A stretch of 63,913 bases of DNA, filler included, from Choristocarpus tenellus KU-1152 (Eukaryota; Protista; Phaeophyceae), in assembly GCA_964200185.2 (NCBI GenBank). It is 11 parts of 11 records of this genome, joined end to end, with 100 filler letters (N's around TTAATTAATTAA, not from the genome) between each part and the next. Parts side by side here need not be neighbours in the genome. Positions count along the whole stretch, not along the records: positions 50,150 to 54,265 come from CAXNAD020016134.1; positions 54,366 to 57,166 come from CAXNAD020024630.1; positions 57,267 to 61,154 come from CAXNAD020017350.1; positions 61,255 to 63,913 come from CAXNAD020025886.1; 7 more parts are not named here. The stretch is one strand, 5' to 3'. Numbering within the stretch: position 1 is the stretch's first letter; each line of letters opens with the position of its first letter. Under the pieces are notes generated by a model. That model saw only the letters and a list, made by a program, of their open reading frames with translations, did not search any database and had not been told where the DNA came from. This document shows, piece after piece, positions 52,355-63,913 of the stretch. A program made the position numbers and the translations under genes.

Positions 52355-54265
52355 GTGAGAGTTAAAATATTTTGAGAGGATAATCGATGTTGTGGTGGGA
52401 CAGGTTTTGTGCTCTTGGCTGATGCTTTCTCCTTTTGTCATTGTCTTGGGTTTCAAGCCTTAAATAAAAAAGGCGTTTTTATTTTACCTGAGAGCTGTAA
52501 TCTAAATATCTTTTCTCTTACAGTTGGAGCACATTATTGAGTGTGCAGCTTTTGACAGCAACAGAAAGTGGTTTGGATGAATGTTGAAAGTCATTCTTGC
52601 ATTTGAGTTTGTGATTAATTTTTGTAGTTTGCTGAACCTATCAGAGACACTGCCTTTGCATTGAACCATATCATTTTATTTACTGCCTATTCTCTCCTTT
52701 GTTTTTTACCTGCAGTATTTTTAAATGCTCGTGGGTCCTTTTCTTGTCTGAGGTTTAATCTGTCAAGCTTTTTAACCTTTATGATGCATTTTTTCTTGAT
52801 ATTGGAAAAGGGAATGTCCTCATGTTGTGAAGATGTGGATGAGGGTATGTTCCGTAAGTCATCACCTACCTGTGCTATTCCATCCATTTGTATGTGTTGT
52901 ACAGTTGGATACACTGTAGAAATGTTTGAAGTTCAAGGCTGAATAGGGTGGAAGTAGAATATGTGAACTCCTGCGTTGGGTTTCTTTTTTGGCTGTGATA
53001 TTCCACTTTGCTTGATGGCATCACTGTATCCTGCTTACTACTCTCAGTGATATTGGGGGATGATTGAACCCAAGCAAAGACTCTTGTCAAGAAATCTTCT
53101 GAAGTGAACAATTTTTTTTAATTGGTGAATTGAGTTTGCTGCTATTTCTAACAGTTGCGTGGTTTAAACTGAAGAGATCTATCTCCATTTATTGTAATGA
53201 GGGTCATCAATGGATAAGGTACTGTGCAAAATACACTTATCATGTCGTAGGCCAGACACGTTTATTTTTTTAATGTCTTTTGCTCTGTTGTGTACTTTTT
53301 ATGGGGAAAAGATGGCAATGTGACTATAACGATGGTGGCCTTGGAAGTAAGGAAAAAGTGCGACAAAATGGAGAGCAGAAATGTGTCAAGATTGCTCCCT
53401 TCCGAGTGTGGGGGGTGATTTTGACTTGATGTTGAAGTGGAAGGCAATATTTGTATCTGTATTGTTGTAGCGTAGATTACATTTTTGTTACACTGTTGGT
53501 ATTTTTACGATCTATGGAACATTCTAGATTTCCCTGTTACGACGATCTAACCTTTGGAGCACAAGACTTTCTAGAAGTGTTGTGTATTATTCCAAAACAC
53601 AGAATGGGCTTATCTGCGCGAGCATGAATCCACCCCGTAAGTCCCAAAATCTGTTTAAAAGGTTATTCGCTTGGGGTTTGAGACGAGGGTTAGGGTTAAC
53701 TCTATTCAAGTTGAGTGTTTTCGCTCAACGTTTTTTGTTCTTGTAGAGCCTTGTCTGAAGAACTCGCTCACATGTGCTTAGGATGAGATTATAAGTAAAT
53801 GTTCTAAATCTTCTGGAAAGAAATGTGTATGTGTGTGATTTTAGGCCCTTTTTATGGGCATATAGTTGGATACCTTCCTTGCCTGAGTTAAGAATTGTAA
53901 TTTTTATCGTGATTCTTATGTTTTTTTTGCAGTTGAAAATTCGAAATTAAGATTTCATTCTTCTTGATTTGACACCCAAAGATAAATTGGATATTTTAAA
54001 TTACTGCCTTTTTTTGTGAGGCCCCACAAATTCACGCAGAGATTCACTGGCAATAGCGATAATCATATGGGTTCACGGGTCAAAGAGTTGTGCCTACAAA
54101 TTGGCCTCTCTTTTTACTCTATCCATACCTGTTTGGCACACAAACAATGATCTTATCTGTGCTAACGTTTATAATCCAAAAAGCATCATCCAGAAGCTCA
54201 AGTCTTCCCCCCCCCCCCCCCACCCCCCCCCCCCCCCCCCCCCACCCCCCGCCCCCCCCCCCCCC

Positions 54266-54365
54266 NNNNNNNNNNNNNNNNNNNNNNNNNNNNNNNNNNN
54301 NNNNNNNNNTTAATTAATTAANNNNNNNNNNNNNNNNNNNNNNNNNNNNNNNNNNNNNNNNNNNN
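54266..54365. other. Artificial contig linker
   Basis: Same spacer. Confidence 0.99.
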
Positions 54366-54413
<48 letters not shown>

Positions 54414-55214
54414 AGCAAAAAAAAAAGAAGCCACAAAGAGAGTTTAAAGAACTGGACAGGGAGGAACAGTCACCTGTCCAAAGCGGGCCACCTCTCTCCC
54501 AGACTGGATTGCACCATCCCAGTCAACAGTCCCATCATCACGCACGAAGAGCTGGTTTACACCCAAAGAAACAGCCCCACAAAATATTGTACAAAGAAAC
54601 AGATTTTCACATCAGTTTGTATGTTCCATCATCGATTGCGCAGCATTGATAGAATTGCTCTATTTAAAAAGAGCACTAGTTACTTGAACACAGTACTTCA
54701 AGTACGGCTCTATAGGCACAATCGTTCGGTGCTCAGTACATTTAATGTTAAAAAAAAATCTAATACGTCCAGAAATGTTATTCTTCTTTTCCACCCCACA
54801 AATGGAGGATCGTGGCATTGAACAGGATATGTCGGGGAAGAGGACTAGAGACAAGTATACAACGGTTTTCAATGGGGTTCAAGAGATCTCGATTTGAACT
54901 ATACAGTACCATCATATATATATATATATTTTCTTGCATTAGCAATTTGCTCATTTTTTTCCACTTTGCATTGGCCTCCATCAAATCCACAACACTTATA
55001 TTTCAATTGACACAACGATAATTAAAAAAAGAATAACAGTAGAAACTCTTCGGAGGGTTAGAATTAGACTTGGGAGATGAGAAAGTGAGCAAGAACAGGG
55101 GGCCAATATAACAACAACAAAAAAATTGAAGTAACATCATATTGTTGCCATTATGTCAGTCACTTCTAACGTACTATTATTAGTGGTTACTAATATAGTA
55201 AGTACTTCAATAAT

Positions 55215-56383
55215 CACTTGCATCCTGCACCAATCACCCTTCCGCATTCGCTCACGCACATCAAACTCAGGAACCTTGACGTCTTTCAGGTTGCTCTTGA
55301 TGCCCTTAATACTGGTCAGGTCCATCTTCAATCGTCCCTCCTCCACCATGGTGCTCTCCTTCCTCCATTCCTTTGCACCCCAAGGATCACAAGATGCAAG
55401 TAGAGTGAGGGGTGGGGGGTGGGAGGAGACGAGGTGAACCAGACTCAACAAAAGTGATGAACTGTAACTGCTTGCAAAAGCACAGATATGAAGTAAAGGC
55501 AGTTACAGGTGCGGAGGCTTCATTAGACGGGGAGTGTTGATGCTTTATCTATCCACTCAAATTCAATTTCCTAGGCACAACAGCGCTGGGACGACCACTT
55601 CAATGAAATGTACTATTAGTGTATACCTCGAGTGTTCTATCTTCAACTGTATTCGAAGTGTGGTACTACACAGACGCCTCCCAATCTTCAATCATTTTCT
55701 TCATTTCAAAATAAAGCTCATGCGCTGAACAACAGTCAGTAGTAGTACTTCTTTTGAAGCAGTTTCATTCATCTACCGACATACAAAAAAAATTCTACTA
55801 CCACATGTAACCTACCACGTGTGACTATGATCCATAATCACAATCACATCTTCACTAAATACTACACACAGGCCTGAAGAAGCCTTGACCCAACAACTAA
55901 AATGCTACACAGTGGGAAAGGCAGTGGTACACCTGAAACCCCAAGCAATGTGCTGTTCATGAGCAGAAGCAAAGGCTTGTTCAAGGGGAGACCAGCTCGG
56001 AGTAAGCACCCAGTGCGTAAGTACAGGAGGGCAAGAGCCACCCCCTAAGAAACAAATCGCCCATCTAATGAGAGACACCCCAACAAATGGGATTGGCAGC
56101 TCATGTACAGATGATTAACACGGCTAGTATAATGATGTGCAGAACCAATGTCACTCAATGGTTCATATCAAGTATTAGAATAATGTGTGGAACCTCTTCT
56201 TGATCCCCCCTTCCCACCAGACACCCTCCTCTCCTTGCTCATGCCAATGCAATCTATAGTTCCAATCAAGTCTAACCCCTCCCCCACCTTTGACTTGGGT
56301 CCTCCAGATACACCGCCTTCCAATGCAGCTCTTTGACGGAGTTTTTCCAGGTTGATCTGCAGTCGCTGCCTCAATTCTTTCAC
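55215..56383 (-). CDS. Exons of an unidentified gene (56383-56288 and approximately 55358-55215)
   Basis: A 96-nt tag|...|gtggg exon reads VKELRQRLQINLEKLRQRAALEGGVSGGPKSK. A protein-like stretch ESTMVEEGRLKMDLTSIKGIKSNLKDVKVPEFDVRERMRKGDW follows, with uncertain boundaries. Confidence 0.5.
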
Positions 56384-57166
56384 CTATGAATAAATAACAC
56401 GTCATATAGATAGATCATGACCATACCACCAACAAGGGGTTACAAAAAAAAAGTATCACGGTATCAGAGAAAAAAAAAATTAAGCGCAGAACGTGATTCA
56501 TAAAAAAAAGACAAAAAAAGAGAGGGTCCGCTCATCCCAGCACCAATCAATATCGATGAAGACTTTCATGCTCAGTAGGAAAAATTTCGTCAAGGCAAGA
56601 CCTTCTCAGGAAGCTGCAACACAAACTGTTTTGCCGCAGCGTCCACAATACTAAACACCAATCTGTTCTGATATCTGGAATGGGGGTGAGGGAGTGTGCA
56701 TCAACAATGTATCCATCAAGATGTTCTATGTGGTACAAATATCTACAACTATTAACATCGAAGTGTCTCCTTGAAAACTAGTAAACAACCCGGTAACAAC
56801 TTGCTTGGCATACATACATCCATGGCAATTTTTTTCTTTCAAAAACCAATGGAACAAAGGTCCAATTTCCACAACACACTCCATACAAAAACCCAATGCC
56901 ATTATACTTCCATTTCAGGCTGTATGTTAACACTAGTCTTGTGAAGTACCAGAATCACCAGCAGAGAACCAATTTTATTTCATTGCTGCTGTCAGCACCA
57001 TAGGCAGGCAGTATGGGCATACTCACACACATGTTAACACACAGTAACAAAACATGAAATAACAGAGGAACTCACCGGGGCTCTATCCCATCCTGGCTAC
57101 CAGGTCAACAATTACCCTCATCAATCCATCCCACCCCCCCCTCTTCCTCACAGCCCAACGCCATTG

Positions 57167-57266
57167 NNNNNNNNNNNNNNNNNNNNNNNNNNNNNNNNNN
57201 NNNNNNNNNNTTAATTAATTAANNNNNNNNNNNNNNNNNNNNNNNNNNNNNNNNNNNNNNNNNNNN
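57167..57266. other. Artificial contig linker
   Basis: Same spacer. Confidence 0.99.
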
Positions 57267-57673
57267 ATGTTGGGGGGGGGGGTGGAATTGGATACGAAGG
57301 CCGCAGCGGCGGTGGGGTAAGGGTTGGGGGGGGGAGGAGGATGGGGGGGGGAGACCCATACGGACTCAATGAGGCGTTTTCGTTGGATGATGACGGAGAG
57401 GAAGAGGGGGTGGCACCGAGAGGGGCCTTGCGACGGGGCCGAGATCGAGGGAGGAGTCGCGGCCTAGGGCAAGGGGCGAGGATAGGACTGCGAGTTGAGA
57501 GGGAGAGAGGCATCAGTATTGGCGCAGGGTGGGGTGGTGGTGATGGGGGTGGGGAAAGAGGGGATAGTGGAGACAAGGGAGGTGGTGGTGATGTTCTCGG
57601 GGTGGTGGGTGGTGCTGGGGAGGAGGGGAAAGGGGAGTTGTTGGAGGATCGGATGGCGGGGCTTTTCCTGAAG

Positions 57674-57708
<35 letters not shown>

Positions 57709-59235
57709 AGAGAGAGAGAGAGAGAGTTGTGCTATATACTTCTGTGGTTTTGAAGGGGGAGGTGCATAGAGAGGAGGAATTTATTTTTTCTTGTTTCTAT
57801 TTTTTTTGCATCTTCCTCTCTCTCTGCCTGTAACCCATTTTATTCTTTTTTCTGTACACCTTTTTTTATTCCTTTTTTGAACAAAGATTTGCCATTGTTC
57901 TTCTTGTTACGAAGTACTCTATTCTTTTATTTTGTTTAAATATATATATATATATATATATTATATTTATTATTCCTCGGACTGCTGCGGAATAATAATT
58001 AAGTACAGAATAATTAAGACTCCCTTTTTTTTTTAATGCCGTTCTGGTTTAGTTGGCAGTAACAGCATCACTTAAGAAATAAGATTGTTGCTGATGTACT
58101 TACCGTTATGACCAAGTGTATAGATATGCACAGGAAATTGGATAATGAACCCTGCTCGTTGTATGTGTATATATGTATGACAGTACAACAAGCGAAGTGC
58201 CAGATTAGTTGTTTTTTTGCCAATCTGTGAAAACTGCTTCTGTAACTTTTTTTTTTCTCATAACCAATATTTTAATAATAAAACTGTTTTATTTTTCCTA
58301 CACACAATGACGTGTTTTTGTAAAGTCGTTTTTTTACAGTTTTTGTTGATTTATTGAAGGCGTGTCCAGAAGAGGTGAGGAGGAGGGAGGACCGCGATGG
58401 ATACACAACGAAGTTTCTTCTTTTTGTTCTTAATCTCTCTTTTTTTTTCTTTTGAGATTTTGCTGTTTTGATCAGGGTTAGGGCGGTGATAAGAGAGAGG
58501 CGTTATGGTTGTTGCCCGTAGTAAGAGTAAAGGCGTGTTGTTTTAACGATATGAAAATGGTATATATATGTATAAGGATACACTTATATATATAGGGAGA
58601 GAGAGATCATGTGAAAGCGTATCCTTATATATATATATATATATATATAAATGCAGTCCAGCTTATGAAGATTGACCAAAAATGGTGGTTAAAATAACAA
58701 AAACAAAAATTTTAAAATAGTTCTTTTTTAGTATGTGTTTCTGGTGTCTTCATGCACGTACCTCTGGTGTAAAAATACAACTCTTTCACCTTGAAAGAGG
58801 TCTCTTGCTTGTCTTCTGTACCACCATGTTACTTACGTCCACTCTTATAAATCATACATACATACATACATACATACATACATACACACATACATACATA
58901 CATACATACATACATACATACATACATCGTTTGACTCAAGATTTTTTTTTTCTAAACTTTTTATGTAGGAAGTATCGACCTGCGTGTTTGAATGAGATCT
59001 AGTCAATTTCCTCTTTGTCACAGCATCATATATGACTGTAATGCATACATCGATTGTGTGTGTGTTTGTGTGTTTGTGTGTCAGTGGCACCTCCAAGCAA
59101 TCCCGGGCAGAGCCTGAGAGTCTCTCAGCGGGACAGTCAGCAAAAGAACTTAAGGTTCATATACAGGGAGGGAAGGGAGTGAATGGAGATTCATCGAGTG
59201 CCCAAGGTGTCCACAAGGAGTCTGCCGAACCTCTG
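57267..59235 (+). CDS. Two exons of an unidentified low-complexity Gly-rich protein: <57267-57675, 59085-59235
   Basis: An open Gly/Arg-rich frame ends at AAG AG|gtgtgt and joins in phase 2 to tcag|T GGC ACC...CTG|gtaaga. Confidence 0.55.
58852..58927. repeat. (CATA)n microsatellite
   Basis: Direct reading. A similar (TATG)n tract lies at 51250-51317. Confidence 0.95.
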
Positions 59236-59744
59236 GTAAGAGAGCCGGTGTTGGAGGCGTTTTTACTGTTTATGCCCGGCATGAATGTGTGTTTGTGTTT
59301 TGTGCATGACTGCAGATATTATCTTTATTGTTACTACATTGTTTTTCTTCTATTATTAATTAAGACTGTGTTCAAAATATTCTCGATACATTAATAAAAA
59401 TATTGTGTAAGTTGGTGGTAATCGCCCTGTGCTCAGAGTTTTGTTACCACTTTTCAATAGATAACTTCTTTTTTTTCAAAGGGGAGTGGAGGAAAGTCTT
59501 GATCTATAAAAATAAAAATAAATAATAATAATAATATAAAAGTGTGATCATGATTGTACTCTAAAAATATTTATTGCTTTTTGTACTCCATTGGTGTGGA
59601 ACAATAAGAAGAAAAAAGAGATCGATCTGAATTTTTGTGTTGTTGTGTTACATCATCAAACAAAATTATTTGTTCTTCAATTTTTTTGTTTTTTAATTCA
59701 GGGTTACCGCATGCTGAGATTCGTTTTTTAAAATAAGGCGTGTT

Positions 59745-59986
59745 TTATTACTATTACTACCACTACAACTACAATTACTACTACTTCCTACTACTACTAT
59801 TTATTACTACTACTACTACTACCACTACTACTACCACTACTGCTACTACTACTTACTACTACCACTATTTATTACTACTACTACTACTACCACTTATTAC
59901 TACCACCACTACTACTACTACTAACTACTACTTATTACTACCACCACTACTACTACTAACGACTATTTATTACTACTACTTACTAC
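59745..59986. repeat. Imperfect (TAC)n microsatellite
   Basis: Direct reading. Confidence 0.95.
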
Positions 59987-61154
59987 AGACTGCACGCCGT
60001 TTTATTTTTTCTCATATATTTGATTTATTTATTTTTAGATTGAAGTACATCCCAGACAAACGTTTAGAATCGGAATAATCTTTACCAAACTTGAGAGATA
60101 GAGATAGAGAGAGGGCGGGGGAGGCAACCGCCTTCCAATTTTTGGGAATTTATGTTGACGGAAACATTTCATTTGTTACGGACCAGGTACAGTTACAAAA
60201 AGATGGTACAGAGTAAAGCATTACTCATTCCACCAGGTCTAGAACATCTTTTCGGGATTTATTTGACCGCCCCTTCAAGGAACATGGACTGCAGAGATGT
60301 CTCTCATGGCAGGCAGGCAATCACTCTTGGAGTTTCCGCCACTTGCGGCGAGTGTGATTAAAAGTGTCCCCGAGGTCAATGAGATTAACACAAAACACAG
60401 TGTGTGTTCGATTCTGGTGGTTAAAAGTACCCCCAAGGACAGTGAGAAAAATGCATCATTTGTTCGATTCTAGCGGACTTTTTGGTCGAGATCACCCGTA
60501 TGTACCCTTTCTGTGGTGTACCTTTCTTATGTTGCTTCCTCCTGTGCAGCGTCAGTAGAAAACGTAGTTTGTGGCATGAAGTTTATTTTTATTCTGCATA
60601 AGTGGGAAGGGTTAGGGTTATTTTTATTTTAACGTCACATTATCTTACTACTCGTGTGCTAAATGAAAAAAAATCACAAACGCTCCTGGACTGTGTGGTG
60701 GTGGAGAGTCTACACACACCCTACTATAACTGATGTATGACGTTATTTTCACTTCAAAATATATACATATTTATTTCTATGTATATCCATGCGTATTGGT
60801 GTGTGTACGTGTACAGTACGTGTACGTGTGTTTCAGGGATGTCAATTTTGTTAGGGTTTAGTTGGCAGTGTGGTATGACCTTGAAATGACAACATGATGC
60901 ATTTGGATTGTACCACCACCATCACCACCCCCTAACCCTAATTTTTGGTACGCAGATGTGTTGTTACACATCAGAGGACCTCCGCCATATGGGCTATGTT
61001 TTCCCTGCGATTTACACAACGGTCTCATTCTTACTGTTTTTCTTTTTCCTCGCCACATATAGTGTAGAGAGTATGGGAAAGACAGTCCAAAGCCCACCCC
61101 ACAACGCTCCCAACCCCCCTCCCGCGCTGCCTCCATTTTTTCTTTTCTCTGTCA

Positions 61155-61254
61155 NNNNNNNNNNNNNNNNNNNNNNNNNNNNNNNNNNNNNNNNNNNNTT
61201 AATTAATTAANNNNNNNNNNNNNNNNNNNNNNNNNNNNNNNNNNNNNNNNNNNN
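61155..61254. other. Artificial contig linker
   Basis: Same spacer. Confidence 0.99.
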
Positions 61255-61579
61255 CGACTGGACGCGGCTTTACCCTCTGATGACATGTTCTATTCGGGCA
61301 GATAGTGTTCAATGTGAAGGTATGTTTGGTTGTGCTGTGATTAACATCTAGATGCAAGTGTGTGTGTCATAGTGCAACAAGACACCTGCGGGTTCAGTCT
61401 GGTGCATCTGAAAGGATGTCTTATTCAATTAGACTTTGGTTGGAGTGAAATGGGTACCGGTACATCTGTGGCATGTTTTACTCAAGCAGACTGTGATTGA
61501 TAGAAACGGTGTGGTCATTCATTGAGGCGCTCAAATGAAGTAATTAATCCTCAGTGAAGAGGGTTGTCACCTTGGAAGA

Positions 61580-61837
61580 GAGTCAAAGTATCTTAGAGAG
61601 TACAGCCTTGTCCATTTGGGGTCCAAAATCCAATGTTGCGATTTTGATTAATTTTGGCTATCATATTTGTTAGGATATGTCAATATCCTTGTTCTGGACA
61701 CACCTTTTCATAACGTATACATTTTACCTACTCCGAAACATTTTGGAGTAGGTAAAATGCCATTGAAAACCCGTGGAAAGTCAATCCCCAAATGGACAAA
61801 CAGGGAAAACCTCGTACCCTCTAAGATACTTTCACTC
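61580..61837 (+). mobile_element. MITE family 1, full-length copy C
   Basis: Same TIRs and interior. Flanks are aaga / agag, an imperfect TSD in an AG run. Confidence 0.9.
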
Positions 61838-62054
61838 AGAGAGGGGTTTCGAAGAAGGGTTTTAATTCTGTTTATATTGCATCCCGGTGTGTGTCTTATA
61901 CGTGTTGCAGAAGTGAACAGGGTGTCTTGCAGTAGGAAATGCCAACAAGTAGAAAATAATAATCAACACATGCTATGCAACTGATAACTTGTGTGAAAAA
62001 GAAGTAACACAAGGAAAAAAGAAGAAGCCAAGCTTGAATCCATATCAAACATAT

Positions 62055-62314
62055 GAGTGAAAGTATCTTAGGGGTACGAGTTTTGTCCCGATTGTCCATT
62101 TGGGACTTGGCTTCCCATGGGTCCTTTTAAGACATTTTCCTACTACTCCAAAATGTTTAGGAGTAGGTAAAATGTATACATTAGGAAAAGGTGTGTGTGG
62201 AATAAGGATATTAACATCTCCTAACAAACATGATAGCCAAAATTACATCAAAATCACAACATTGGATTTTGGCCCCCAAATGGGCGCGCTCTACCCTCTG
62301 AGATACCTTGGCTC
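62055..62314 (-). mobile_element. MITE family 1, full-length copy D
   Basis: Same TIRs and interior. Flanks are atat / ataa. Confidence 0.9.
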
Positions 62315-63079
62315 ATAACTACTGTCACGCATAGTATGCCTGTATGAGTGATAGTTAGCAACTATTCCTATACTTCCTATATACTGTGATCTTCTGAGTG
62401 AGTTGTGATGATGAGCTAATGATGTAAATGGGAATAGCAACCATTGCAATGGATAAATCAACATTCAGTATGGACTGACGATGCTGTATCGCATCAAAGC
62501 AAATTGAATAAGTTGCCAATGTCTTAACCCTTACCTCATTTAGCTCCTCATCACAACACCATCAATCACCTTCAGAACACCACAGTATATAGGAAGCATA
62601 AGAACAGTCGCTTCCTATCACACATAAAGGTATACCATGTGTCGCATCAGTTCCATCAGACATTGATTCAAGTTTGTCTCCTTGTTTCTTCTTTGTTTTT
62701 CCCTTTCTTTTTCTTCTTCACACAAGAAGTTGTCAGTTGGATGTCATGTGTTGATCGTTATTTTTCCTTGACTGGGATTGCCCCTTCATAATTCATTATG
62801 CTCACTCTGCAATACGTGTACCAGACACACACCAGGATGCAATATAACCAGAGTTAAAACCATCCTTCGAAACCCTTCTCAGGCAAGGTGACAAGCCTCT
62901 TCACAGAGCATGCATTTCTCCAATTAAGTGTCTCAATGAATGATCACACATTCCACATCAATCATTGTCTGCTATTATAAAACATGTCATCAGACCTACC
63001 AGAACAAATCATCAGTGCTTTGTTGCACTATGATACCCTTCATCACAGACTAGATACACTATAACAATGCACACCTTAC

Positions 63080-63797
63080 ATGAAATCAGGTTTCAACAGT
63101 CTACCCCTTCTTGCTGGGAAAATCCCGCGCCATCAGCCTGGCCTTAAATCTTTCGATGTCTCCATTGGCCATCCTTTTGATTTTGAAGATGAATCTAGTT
63201 TTGACAAGCCTCCTCCCTGGTGGCAGCTCTCTCCCTCATGGAAGGTTCCTTTGCTTCGTTGGCCCTCCATTTCCTGCGCCATTGCCTCCTGCCAATGCTC
63301 TGCATCAGACCCTGCAAGGGCTTGAGCTATAGTTGATGGTTCCTGGTGACCTATCGAAATGTCACCTGCCATGCCCATCAAACAGTGTTATCCGGTTTGC
63401 TTGGAGCATATTAGCCATATTCTCACCCAGTTCCTTAGTATCTCCAGAGTGTAAACCCCTGTAGTCCACCCTCGGTTTTTCAGCTATCCTGGTTGACCTC
63501 CATTGCTCAGTAGGTGAACTTGTCGAGTTCTTGCTTGAAGCTATTGCTCATGGCATCAGATCGGCTGCACTATCGAAATCCCCATCAGGGTCTTCATAAT
63601 TATCAAAGATATCGTCATCGTTGATCAAAGTCATGGTCTTTCGCTCCCCCACAAAGTCCATGTTGTCTTTGTCCGGCTCGAACATCACTTGAACTGAGCT
63701 CACCAACTTGGCCTCTTGAGGAAGCCAGATCTACCAACACAGTGATGTGCGATCGTGTCCCATAATGACACCCTGCTTACCGTATGGGTGAAACTTG
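63080..63797 (-). mobile_element. Ty1/Copia fragment (post-integrase SH3-like region to start of RT), degenerate
   Basis: Reads KFHPYGKQGVIMGHD, EPSTIAQALAGSDAEHWQEAMAQEME and, after a frameshift, LPPGRRLVKTRFIFKIKRMANGDIERFKARLMAR. Confidence 0.9.
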
Positions 63798-63913
63798 GAG
63801 TGAAAGTATCTTAGAGGGTACGATTTTTGCCCTGTTTGTCCATTTGGGGCTTGGCTTCCCGCAGGTTTTTAATGACATTTTACCTACTCCAAAATATTTC
63901 GGAGTAGGTAAAA
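63798..63913 (-). mobile_element. MITE family 1 copy running off the window end, abutting the Copia fragment
   Basis: GAGTGAAAGTATCTTAGAGGGTACGA...CATTTTACCTACTCC. Confidence 0.9.

Noticed and set aside
54860-54990. SNRDLLNPIENR resembling the Tc1/IS630 SPDLNPIEN motif
   Set aside because: Only one partial motif, with no other DDE signature or TIR visible.
61667-62318. Recurring ORF 'VNILxxDTPFxNVYILPTPKHFGVGK' as a small gene family (also 29640-29918)
   Set aside because: It is the translated interior of MITE family 1, and starts and stops are not conserved between copies.

Overview
This is not one locus. It is 11 short eukaryotic contigs joined by an artificial 100-nt linker (44 N + TTAATTAATTAA + 44 N), so adjacency across linkers means nothing. 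The DNA is intron-rich with dispersed TTAGGG motifs and looks like a stramenopile, possibly a brown alga; that assignment is inference only. Spliced gene models were built by hand with consistent exon phases. They are a complete 7-exon TKL-type protein kinase with an N-terminal acylation motif, a 5'-truncated PDE12/CCR4-like EEP nuclease, the 3' end of an IFRD-domain gene with a GC-AG intron, a SANT/Myb (DUF3755-type) gene head-to-head with a complete 5-exon STK19 gene, the 3' end of an AI-2E family transporter, three casein kinase 1 exons, and several unidentified exons. Mobile DNA is abundant: two dead Copia fragments, a dead PIF/Harbinger transposase, two 3' ends of an RLE-type (CRE-like) non-LTR retrotransposon, and several MITE or foldback families. 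The most striking unexplained signal is a high-copy ~258-bp MITE with GAG...CTC termini and 4-bp target duplications (Sola2-like hallmarks). About 12 copies or fragments occur on six contigs, twice as close inverted pairs, and one pair brackets a frame-preserving exon. I found no rRNA, intact tRNA, CRISPR array or clearly new multi-gene system.
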